Assembly: GCA_965655705.1 (NCBI GenBank)
Contig: CBFHHM010000008.1
Location: forward strand, 77,175 to 101,174
Direction of reading: 5' to 3'
Origin: Candidatus Pelagisphaera sp.
GTDB lineage: Bacteria > Verrucomicrobiota > Verrucomicrobiia > Opitutales > Opitutaceae
DNA: 24,000 nt
Shown here: positions 16,739-23,926 of the stretch, in pieces
How the letters are laid out: each line of letters begins with the position of its first letter
Position numbering within the stretch: position 1 is the first letter of the stretch
The notes under the pieces: model-generated
What the model saw: the letters and a program-made list of their open reading frames with translations, nothing else
Told to the model about the DNA's origin: nothing
The model's database searches: none
Made by a program: the position numbers and the translations under genes

Positions 16739-18202
16739 ATGTCTACTTTGGGAATTGAATTGAGCGATGTGGGCGTCAACGCGGTCTTGATCGACTCGAG
16801 CGGCTCCTCGCAAATCGTTTCGTTGAGCGGGGATGAGGAAGCGATGCCCGCTTGCGCCTACGCTCGGGCGGGCGAACTGTGGTTTGGGCCGGAAGCTCAG
16901 GAAATGGCTTTCGTATACCCACGTCGCACCTGCTCGGAGTTTATTGACGATCTGTCATTCCAGTCCACCAATTTGGATGGCCACTACCGGAAGATAATGT
17001 ATTCGCAATTGGCGTACAGGTTTTTCCAAGAGCTGCTCTCGAAGGTGGAGGAGGAAGCGGGGGCTGTGAGGCAGTGCGTCATTGCGGTTCCGGGCCATTA
17101 CCTCGAGAGGAACGAGCGTTCGGAAGAGCGACTGGGATTGCTGCTGGGTATTCTCGGCGACCTGGGGGTTCCCGTAGCCGGTATCGTCGACATGGCAGCG
17201 GCGGCTCTTTACAGCGAAGGGCTTTGGAATGTGCCGGAGGGAGAACGCGTGTTCCATGTCGATTTGCTCGCCCATGCGACTCATATTTCGGTGTTCCACA
17301 AACGGGGAGGGTTGGAACGCGTCAATTTCACTCGGCTGCCGCAGCACGGATTCAGTAAAATGCTGGAGCGGTTTACGGCGTCGATGTCGAATCGCTTCCT
17401 GGCCGAAACGTCTTTCGACATCACTGAAGATCGGCAAATCGAGCGGGCCTTCCATGCTCAGACGCGTGAGATGCTCTTCAACCTCGGCAAGGTCAACGAA
17501 GCGAACTTGGAAGTTTCGACGCGCGAGAAGTCGCGGCAGATGATGATTTCCAAGGAAATGGCCACGCTAGAGTTGGAGCCGCAAGTAAAGCTGGTGACCC
17601 AGATGATTCTCAGAGCGGTGAACGACTTCGCCAATAGCAGCGACGAGATTCAAATCGCCCTTTCAAGTCGCGCCGCTATGATTCAGGGACTGAAGGAATC
17701 GATCGTATCCCAGGGAATGGGGGAGGTCATGGAATTGCCTCCGGAGAGCGGCGCATTTGGAGTTGCCAATTACGGCAAGGACTGGGAGGTCGTAGATGAC
17801 ATGGGAGAGGCTCGGGTCGAGGTAGGCATTGCTACGGCGGGAATGCTTCAAGCGCCTGAGAAGCCCTCGGCAGTGGCCTCGCTGCGTTTGATTCGAGAAG
17901 GTCGATCGCTCAATCCGACGCACATCGTATGCGATGGCTTGGCCTATCGGCTTTCGGGCGATTCCTTTTTGGTAGGAATCGGCGAAAGCGATCGATTCGA
18001 TTTGGTCGCGGATAGAGAGAGTTCCGGGGAGCCCGTAGGTCTATTTCGATTGAATTTGAGCGAAGATCGGTGGAATATCGAAGCGATGGAAGGAGCGAAG
18101 TTGGGGGAAATCGGAGAGACGGGTTTGAAAGCGGGCGATGCGGTGGAGCTTCGCTTGGTCTCGACCCGCAAGCGACTCGCGCTCGTCCACTGCATCGAAT
18201 AG
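16739..18202 (+). CDS. Hsp70/actin-fold protein with degenerate nucleotide-binding motifs and an FHA-like C-terminal domain
   Basis: By eye it is colinear with the DnaK NBD. Matches (DnaK in brackets): LGIELSDVGVNAVLID (IGIDLGTTNS), MPACAYARAGELWFGPEAQ (TPSIIAY..GETLVGQPAK), CVIAVPGHY (AVITVPAYF), GVPVAGIVDMAAAALY (GLEVKRIINEPTAAALAY), VFHVDLLAHATHISVF (VYDLGGGTFDISI), IQIALSSRAAMIQGL (VILVGGQTRMPMV) and PPESGAFGVANYG (NPDEAVAIGAAVQG). There is no signal peptide. The last ~90 aa (~17920-18199) form a beta-rich region with an FHA-like pattern (FLVGIGESDRFDLV...LKAGDAVELR). Confidence 0.72.
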   Translation: MSTLGIELSDVGVNAVLIDSSGSSQIVSLSGDEEAMPACAYARAGELWFGPEAQEMAFVYPRRTCSEFIDDLSFQSTNLDGHYRKIMYSQLAYRFFQELLSKVEEEAGAVRQCVIAVPGHYLERNERSEERLGLLLGILGDLGVPVAGIVDMAAAALYSEGLWNVPEGERVFHVDLLAHATHISVFHKRGGLERVNFTRLPQHGFSKMLERFTASMSNRFLAETSFDITEDRQIERAFHAQTREMLFNLGKVNEANLEVSTREKSRQMMISKEMATLELEPQVKLVTQMILRAVNDFANSSDEIQIALSSRAAMIQGLKESIVSQGMGEVMELPPESGAFGVANYGKDWEVVDDMGEARVEVGIATAGMLQAPEKPSAVASLRLIREGRSLNPTHIVCDGLAYRLSGDSFLVGIGESDRFDLVADRESSGEPVGLFRLNLSEDRWNIEAMEGAKLGEIGETGLKAGDAVELRLVSTRKRLALVHCIE

Positions 18203-18214
18203 GAGAGCCAAGGC

Positions 18215-19282
18215 ATGAAACGGAAAAAGCGGGATACGGAAATTTTCAGTCTGTCCTTTTTGGACTGCATTTGCTGCGGCTTTGGAGCCGTGCTGCTTTT
18301 GTTCGTGCTCACGGTGGGCAAGAAGTCGGATACGCTGATCGATATCAAAGCGAAGATCGAGCAGGTCATTGGCCAGATGGAGAACGACCTTTCGGATAAG
18401 GACAAGGAGCTGAAAAGCCTACAGCGCTCCTTGACGACCTTGAGAAATACCAACCGCACCTCGGAGGAAGAAATCGTAGTCAAAAAGAAGATGCAGACCG
18501 AGCTCGAAGACGAGTTCGCCCTTTTGCTGGCTCAACTTTCCTCGATGGAGGAGGACTTGGGTAAGCTGTTGGACGACAAGGAAAACATGCCTATGCAAGA
18601 GGAGGAGCCGCCTATTCCGATCGTTAATCCAGTGCGGCGGCAGTACCTGACAGGGTTCGATATCCAGGGAGATAATGTGCTTTTCCTGATCGAGGCTTCG
18701 GGCGGTATGATGGATGACACAACCGAGAAAGCGTCGGCTCGCCTGAGCGATTCCGACGAGGATAAGCGCAATGCGCCGAAATGGCTTCAAGTGAAGAAAG
18801 GCATGCGCTGGCTGATCGCCAACTTGAAGCCGACTTCGCGGTACAAAATAATGCTTTTCAACGAAGAGATTACGACGATCGATACACGCTACGGAACGGA
18901 TTGGATCGATCCGTCCGATCGAGACACCACCAAGGATATCCTCGACCAGTTGGATGATGTGGTGCCGGAGAAAGGGGCCAACCTGGAGAAGGCCTTCTCC
19001 ATGGCGAGCGATCTGCCGGTGGAACCGGACCGCATTGTATTGATTGTAGACGGCTTGCCGACTTTGGCCGATAGCTACTCCACGGGAAGCAACGTCACGG
19101 ACGACCACGACCGCATCAACATGTTTCGCGTGGCCAAGAAAGCGCTGATCGTGCAGGCGCCGGTCAATATTCTGCTTTATCCAATGAAGATGGACCCGGG
19201 CGCTGCCGTTCACTACTGGCGCTTGGCGGACGATCAGGGTGGGGCGATGGTTTGTCCTTCCAGATCCTGGCCGAACACATGA
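18215..19282 (+). CDS. ExbD/TolR-like TM anchor + coiled coil + vWA domain protein, paralogue A (degenerate MIDAS)
   Basis: Basic tip MKRKKRDTE, then TM IFSLSFLDCICCGFGAVLLLFVL with Asp17 (18263-18265). A charged heptad-like helix spans ~18326-18590. The vWA pattern is NVLFLIEASGGMMD (18692-18706, where DxSxS would be), YKIMLFNEE, GANLEKAFSMA, RIVLIVDGLPT, VNILLYP and YWRLADDQGGAMV. Confidence 0.8.
   Translation: MKRKKRDTEIFSLSFLDCICCGFGAVLLLFVLTVGKKSDTLIDIKAKIEQVIGQMENDLSDKDKELKSLQRSLTTLRNTNRTSEEEIVVKKKMQTELEDEFALLLAQLSSMEEDLGKLLDDKENMPMQEEEPPIPIVNPVRRQYLTGFDIQGDNVLFLIEASGGMMDDTTEKASARLSDSDEDKRNAPKWLQVKKGMRWLIANLKPTSRYKIMLFNEEITTIDTRYGTDWIDPSDRDTTKDILDQLDDVVPEKGANLEKAFSMASDLPVEPDRIVLIVDGLPTLADSYSTGSNVTDDHDRINMFRVAKKALIVQAPVNILLYPMKMDPGAAVHYWRLADDQGGAMVCPSRSWPNT
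18245..18325 (+). repeat. Paralogous 81-nt segment (TM anchor of vWA paralogue A)
   Basis: By hand alignment to 19306-19386, 61 of 81 nt and 22 of 27 codons (amino acids) are identical. The rest of the two genes is far more diverged. Confidence 0.8.
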
Positions 19283-20394
19283 GACGCAAGCGTTCCACTC
19301 AAGTTTTCAGCTTGTCCTTTCTGGACGTGATTTGCTGCGGATTCGGAGCGATCATTCTGCTCTTCGTCATCACCATGGGCAAGAAGACCAAGGAGATCAC
19401 GAATTTGCGGATAGCCTTGGAGCGTATCATCCAACAGCGCATGCTGCAGCTCAACGAATATGAAATTCGTACGGAAGAGTTGGCCCTGCTTATTCAGCTC
19501 GAAAGGGACAAGGATAACGAAAAGAAGATCGTGGAGGAGGATTTGGACGCGGTTATCGCGAAGCTCAAAGAGCAGATAAACGATAAGGAGTTCAGCAAAG
19601 ACAAGTTCGTCACCGATATCGAACAGCTGGAAAAGGAGTTGGCGGTGATGCAAACCGATCCTGAGATCGAACAAAAGGTTCTCGAGGTAACCCCGGTCGG
19701 GGTGCCGGTCGAGAGCAATCACATCGCATTCGTAATCGATACGTCAGGCAGTATGCGCGATCCCAATACGCGTTTGGTTTGGGGATACGTAATACAGAAG
19801 TTCGAGGAAACCTTGGATTCCTATCCGGAGGTCAAGGGCATTCAATTGCTCGATGCCAACGGGCGTTTCATTATCGGAAGAGGCATGGGCAGTCGGTGGA
19901 TGCCGGACAATCGCGAGACCCGCGAGTACATGGTGCGAACCTTGCGACTGTATCCCTACGATAGCGAAAGCAATCCTGTACCGGGCATCGCCCAGGCGAT
20001 CCGGCGCTTGGCGGACCCCGGCGACGAGGAAATGGAAATGGGAATCTACGTATTCGGCGATGAGTTTACCGGTCGATCCGAGCCCGTTTTGAATACACTC
20101 GATAAACTCAATCAAGACAATGAGGGCGAGCGCATGGCCCGCATCAATGCGATCGGCTTTCCGAATCTGATTCGCAATACGCTTTCCTTGAGCCAGTCTG
20201 GCTTGAAGTTCGCCAATCTGATGCGCGAGCTGACCTACGAACACGATGGAGCCTTCGTCGCCTTGGAGCGCGAATCGCTGCGCGCTCGGTCCCGCGAAAT
20301 CGAACAACGCTATCCCGCGCCTATTCCCCGGAGAGACCCTCTGGAGCCCTCGATTATCTACGGTCCTCGAGGGGGCGGCATATACGGGCCCTAA
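19279..20394 (+). CDS. ExbD/TolR-like TM anchor + coiled coil + vWA domain protein, paralogue B (intact MIDAS)
   Basis: I place the start at ATG 19279 (ATGA overlap with the upstream stop) because MRRKRSTQVFSLSFLDVICCGFGAIILLFVITMGKK then aligns residue-for-residue with paralogue A; the track's 19252 start adds 9 unaligned residues. The TM Asp16 is at 19324-19326 and the coiled coil spans ~19390-19684. The vWA pattern is HIAFVIDTSGSMRD (DTSGS 19738-19752), SESNPVPGIAQAIRRL, GIYVFGDEFTG, RINAIGFP and LTYEHDGAFVAL. Confidence 0.85.
   Translation: MRRKRSTQVFSLSFLDVICCGFGAIILLFVITMGKKTKEITNLRIALERIIQQRMLQLNEYEIRTEELALLIQLERDKDNEKKIVEEDLDAVIAKLKEQINDKEFSKDKFVTDIEQLEKELAVMQTDPEIEQKVLEVTPVGVPVESNHIAFVIDTSGSMRDPNTRLVWGYVIQKFEETLDSYPEVKGIQLLDANGRFIIGRGMGSRWMPDNRETREYMVRTLRLYPYDSESNPVPGIAQAIRRLADPGDEEMEMGIYVFGDEFTGRSEPVLNTLDKLNQDNEGERMARINAIGFPNLIRNTLSLSQSGLKFANLMRELTYEHDGAFVALERESLRARSREIEQRYPAPIPRRDPLEPSIIYGPRGGGIYGP
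19306..19386 (+). repeat. Paralogous 81-nt segment (TM anchor of vWA paralogue B)
   Basis: Partner of 18245-18325; see that entry. Confidence 0.8.
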
Positions 20395-20567
20395 GCTCGG
20401 GAACTATTGCAGGGCTGCGTTAGCGAAACTCGACAACGCAGCGCTGGATCCGCTTTGCGAGGAGGGCTGGGGCGTCAATGCGGTTCTGCAGGAAGGCCCT
20501 GCCGTGTCCCAACCATACGGAGGTTCTCGATAGGGCAGACGATTCCTTCGGGTTTTTGGAACGATCG

Positions 20568-21812
20568 CTATCGTTCGGTGAAGGCGTTCATCTTCGCTCG
20601 CATCAGAGGTTTCAATACATAGTCGAAGACGCTCTTCTTGCCAGTCTTGATGTCGACTTGAGCGACCATTCCGGGAAGGATCTCGAGTTCTTGTTCACTG
20701 GTGCGCAAGGAGCGTTCGCCGGTGCGAACCAAGATGCGATAGTGGCTTTCGCCTTGGTCGTTCATGAACGTGTCGGCGCTGATGCGCTCTACTTCGCCCG
20801 ATAGCCCTCCATAGACGGAGTAGTCGTAGGCGGTCAACTTGACGGTTGCGTCTTGGCCGATTTTGACGAAGGCGATATCCTCCGGGGCGATGTCCGCCTC
20901 GACGAGAAGACTGTCGCCGGTGGGCACGATCTCGAAAAGAGGCGCTCCCGGCTGAAGGATGCCGCCGATCGTTTTGACGTGCAGCTTGTTCACGATTCCC
21001 GAAACGGGAGCTTTGATATCGGTCCGGGCGATCTTGTCTTCGTAGGCGAGCAGCGCTTGTTCCACTTGCTTTAGGCTCGTGCTGTATTCGTTTCGTTGCG
21101 ATACGACTTCGCTCAAATATTCAGAGGACTCCCGTTCCATTTGACCTTCCAAATCGTTGACCATGGCCTCTAGGCGGAGAAGCTCTACGCGGGACACCAC
21201 GCCGGATTCGGCGAGGGGGCGCGACATTTCCAACTCTTGCGTTTTCAGTTCAAGGCTTTTCCCAAGGTGACGTTGACTTGTCTCGATCTGTTCGCGGCGG
21301 GTGTGGAAGAGCAAGGATTCCGCCTCGATTAGATCGGGTCGTTGTTCAGCCAGGACAGCGGGAAAGACAATTTCCGAAGAAGCGCTCAACTCCGCTTCCA
21401 AACGAGAGATCTTTGCCATGAGGTCATTGCGCTCGGCCAGGTTTTCTCGATAGCTGGCTCGGAAAGTCGTGTCGTCGATTTTAGCCAGTCGGCGTCCCTG
21501 CTCTACTCGTTGTCCTTCGCGCACATCGATTCCGGATACGATGCCTCCTTCAAGGCTCTGGACGATTTGCAGACTGCCGGAAGGAATGATCTTGCCTTGC
21601 CCGCGGGTCAGTTCGCTGACCTGCGATTGGTAGGCCCAAAGCAAGCAGGCGACAACCAAGCCCATGATGCTTAGTAGAAGGATGTTCGCGTAGGGCATCT
21701 TCTCCTCGAGAAAGGCGACCTTGCAGTCCGCCACGAAGTCGAGGTCTTCGATTGCGATCGCTTCCCTTTGCGGCCCGGAGACATTTCGTTTGTCTGGCGA
21801 TTCTTGGCTCAT
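20568..21812 (-). CDS. HlyD-family type I secretion periplasmic adaptor (membrane fusion protein)
   Basis: N-terminal TM ILLLSIMGLVVACLLWAY, a long coiled-coil hairpin region, and a lipoyl/barrel region (IKAPVSGIV and FEIVPTGDSLLVEADIAPEDIAFVKIGQDATVKLTAYDY). The family-typical C-terminus is KTGKKSVFDYVLKPL. Its start overlaps the upstream ABC gene's stop by 1 nt (TGATG on the minus strand). Confidence 0.92.
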   Translation of the reverse strand: MSQESPDKRNVSGPQREAIAIEDLDFVADCKVAFLEEKMPYANILLLSIMGLVVACLLWAYQSQVSELTRGQGKIIPSGSLQIVQSLEGGIVSGIDVREGQRVEQGRRLAKIDDTTFRASYRENLAERNDLMAKISRLEAELSASSEIVFPAVLAEQRPDLIEAESLLFHTRREQIETSQRHLGKSLELKTQELEMSRPLAESGVVSRVELLRLEAMVNDLEGQMERESSEYLSEVVSQRNEYSTSLKQVEQALLAYEDKIARTDIKAPVSGIVNKLHVKTIGGILQPGAPLFEIVPTGDSLLVEADIAPEDIAFVKIGQDATVKLTAYDYSVYGGLSGEVERISADTFMNDQGESHYRILVRTGERSLRTSEQELEILPGMVAQVDIKTGKKSVFDYVLKPLMRAKMNAFTER

Positions 21813-23926
21813 CAGTTTCTTCCCGTTCCTCCGGATAGTTGGCGCATGACGTCAGTCTTCGGCCCGTCGGCAGCGATTTTGCCTTGGTCCACCACGATTA
21901 TTCGATCCGCAAGCTTCAGCATCGAAGGTTTGTGGGTAGAAAGGACCAAGGTACGATTACCTTCCTTCGAGTACCGCTCCATATTGGTGATGAAATCGCG
22001 TTCCGCATTGGCGTCCATGGCGCTGGTCGGTTCGTCCATGACGAGCAAGCTCGGCTTAATCAATAGGGCTCGAGCGATGTTAACGGCCTGTCGCTGGCCG
22101 CCAGAGAGCATCTCGCCCCGTTCCCCCACCTGCAAGTCGTAGCCCAAGGGGTGCTTGGAAACGAAGCGCTCGACGCCGGACAGGTTGGATGCCTCGATAA
22201 GCGCGGATTCTTCCATCCAAGGGGCTCCAATCAGGATGTTGGATTTCAAGGAGCCTTGAAAGAGGAGATTGTCCTGGCCGATGTATCCGATTTTACGGCG
22301 CAAGTCGGCCGGATCCATCTGCCGGATGTCGGTATCGTTGACCGTGATCATGCCGCCGGTCGACGGATAGAATCCGAGGATGAGTCGGAGGAGGGTGCTC
22401 TTGCCGGATCCGACGCGACCCAGTATGGCCACTCGTTCTCCGGGTTTGATGGAAAAGGAGGCGTTGATGATGGCGGGGGCGCTTTCCGGCGAGTAGGAAA
22501 AGGTGACATCGTTGAAGGCGATGCGCGGTTCGAAATCGGGCTTGTGTATGTAGTCCTGCCCCTCTTCGCGCTCCTGGGGAAGCTTGATCAAATCGTTGAG
22601 TCCGCTCAGCGATACCAGCGATCCTTGCAGACGGGACAGAAGCGCGGCGACTTGGCCAATTGGAGCCATAGCCCGACCCGTTAGTATGGTGCAGCCAATA
22701 AGGGCGCCCATGCTCATTTCTCCTTGCTGTATCCGAAATACGGAAACGACGATAATGATGACGGACACTATTTGCGTCGTAAATACGGTGAAATTCGAGG
22801 CCAGCGAGGAATAGCGTCGCGAGGTAACTTCGCTCTTAGCCATCTTGCCCAGAGAATCTTCCATTCTCTTTTGGAAGCTGCCGGATGCGGAGAGGCCGCG
22901 GATCGCCTCGAATCCGTTGATGGCTTCCACGAGTATGGCATGCTTCTGGGCGGATGCCCCATGGGCCTTTTCAGCGGCTCGTTTGAGCGGAACATGCATG
23001 AGCGCTCCGAGCGTGAGGATCATTGCGATGGCGGCGCAGGGAATGAAAGCAACCCAGCCCGCGATATAGCCCATGAAAACGATGAACAGGCAAACGAAGG
23101 GAAGATCGATGAGGGTGGTCAGGGACGCCGAGGTAAAGAACTCTCTCAGGCTTTCGTAGCCCTTGACTTGGTTGGCGAAGCTGCCTGACGAGCTGGGCTT
23201 GGCCTGCATCTTGATGCCCATGATGCGTTGGAAGATGAAGCTGGACATGAGCACGTCCGCATTCTTGCCCGCCTTGTCTATGAGCAGACCGCGAAGGGAC
23301 TTGAGAAGGAAATCGAACACGTAGACGATACAGACTCCGCTGGCCAGGACCCACAGGGTGTCGATAGCGTTGTTGGGGATGACTCTATCGTAGACGTTCA
23401 TCACGAAGAGCGAACCCGCGATGGCAAACAAGTTGATGAAGACCGCGGCCAGCATGACGTTGGCGTAGATCTTCTTGTACTTCCAAAGCGTACCCCAAAA
23501 CCAGTTTTTCGCATTGATGCTTTGCGAGCTCGATTCGGAGCGCGTATCGAAGTCGAACTCCGGCTTGACGAAGATCGCCATACCCGTGTAGTCGGCTTCG
23601 ATATCGGAGGTTGGAATTGTGGTCTCCCCGCTGCCGGACTCAGGGACGATAACGCGACATTGGTCGCCCTCGACGCGTTCGACGAGGATGAGGGCTCGAT
23701 TGTCTTCGAGTAAAAGAACGGCGGGCAGCGTGAGGTTGGATATCTTGGCGAGCGGGCGTTTGACGATACGGGAGGAGAATCCTGCGTTGGCCGCCGATCG
23801 AAGAAACAATTTGGGAGTGAGGCGATTGTCGACCAAGGGCATCCCCGCTACGAGCGCTTCCTTGGAAATCGAGCGGTGATGGATTTTGCCCAGCGTGAAG
23901 AGGCATTCGAGCAGGGCATCGTCCAC
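21812..23926 (-). CDS. Type I secretion ABC transporter (permease/ATPase) with N-terminal C39-like domain, LssB/LapB type
   Basis: The N-terminal segment DDALLECLFTLGKIHHRSISKEALVAGMPL resembles the LssB-family C39-like domain. It has a six-TM exporter core, Walker A GRVGSGKST, signature LSGGQRQ, Walker B LLVMDEPTSAMD and H-loop STHK. The track start is GTG 23926, but the same frame has no stop up to position 24000, so the true start may lie outside the window. Confidence 0.9.
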   Translation of the reverse strand: MDDALLECLFTLGKIHHRSISKEALVAGMPLVDNRLTPKLFLRSAANAGFSSRIVKRPLAKISNLTLPAVLLLEDNRALILVERVEGDQCRVIVPESGSGETTIPTSDIEADYTGMAIFVKPEFDFDTRSESSSQSINAKNWFWGTLWKYKKIYANVMLAAVFINLFAIAGSLFVMNVYDRVIPNNAIDTLWVLASGVCIVYVFDFLLKSLRGLLIDKAGKNADVLMSSFIFQRIMGIKMQAKPSSSGSFANQVKGYESLREFFTSASLTTLIDLPFVCLFIVFMGYIAGWVAFIPCAAIAMILTLGALMHVPLKRAAEKAHGASAQKHAILVEAINGFEAIRGLSASGSFQKRMEDSLGKMAKSEVTSRRYSSLASNFTVFTTQIVSVIIIVVSVFRIQQGEMSMGALIGCTILTGRAMAPIGQVAALLSRLQGSLVSLSGLNDLIKLPQEREEGQDYIHKPDFEPRIAFNDVTFSYSPESAPAIINASFSIKPGERVAILGRVGSGKSTLLRLILGFYPSTGGMITVNDTDIRQMDPADLRRKIGYIGQDNLLFQGSLKSNILIGAPWMEESALIEASNLSGVERFVSKHPLGYDLQVGERGEMLSGGQRQAVNIARALLIKPSLLVMDEPTSAMDANAERDFITNMERYSKEGNRTLVLSTHKPSMLKLADRIIVVDQGKIAADGPKTDVMRQLSGGTGRN

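Noticed and set aside
18419-19213. 264-aa antisense ORF inside vWA paralogue A; similarly 19744-20307 inside paralogue B.
   Set aside because: The sense frames show coherent TM, coiled-coil and vWA organisation and a paralogous relationship. The antisense frames show none.
15878-20394. I considered calling the operon a flagellar stator (MotAB), TolQR(A), ExbBD-TonB, GldLM or a Zorya defence system.
   Set aside because: The B-type proteins lack OmpA-like, TolR/ExbD periplasmic and GldM-type domains. No TolA or TonB is adjacent. The Zorya partners ZorC and ZorD (nuclease/helicase) and a ZorA-type long tail are absent. No flagellar genes are nearby. It is therefore treated as a distinct architecture.
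20414-20442. Inverted repeat GCTGCGTT-13 nt-AACGCAGC downstream of vWA paralogue B; also GAACGAT-CGCT-ATCGTTC at 20559-20576 over the HlyD stop.
   Set aside because: Neither is followed by a U-tract and the loops and stems are marginal. They could be terminators or protein-binding palindromes, but this is not supportable from sequence alone.
23700-23926. Active C39 bacteriocin-processing peptidase domain on the ABC exporter.
   Set aside because: Aligned by eye to the C39 motif (Q...DCG.A.L), the catalytic Cys position is Ala, and the nearby Cys in LLECL aligns to a non-catalytic position. This was judged from memory of family consensus and needs a real alignment.
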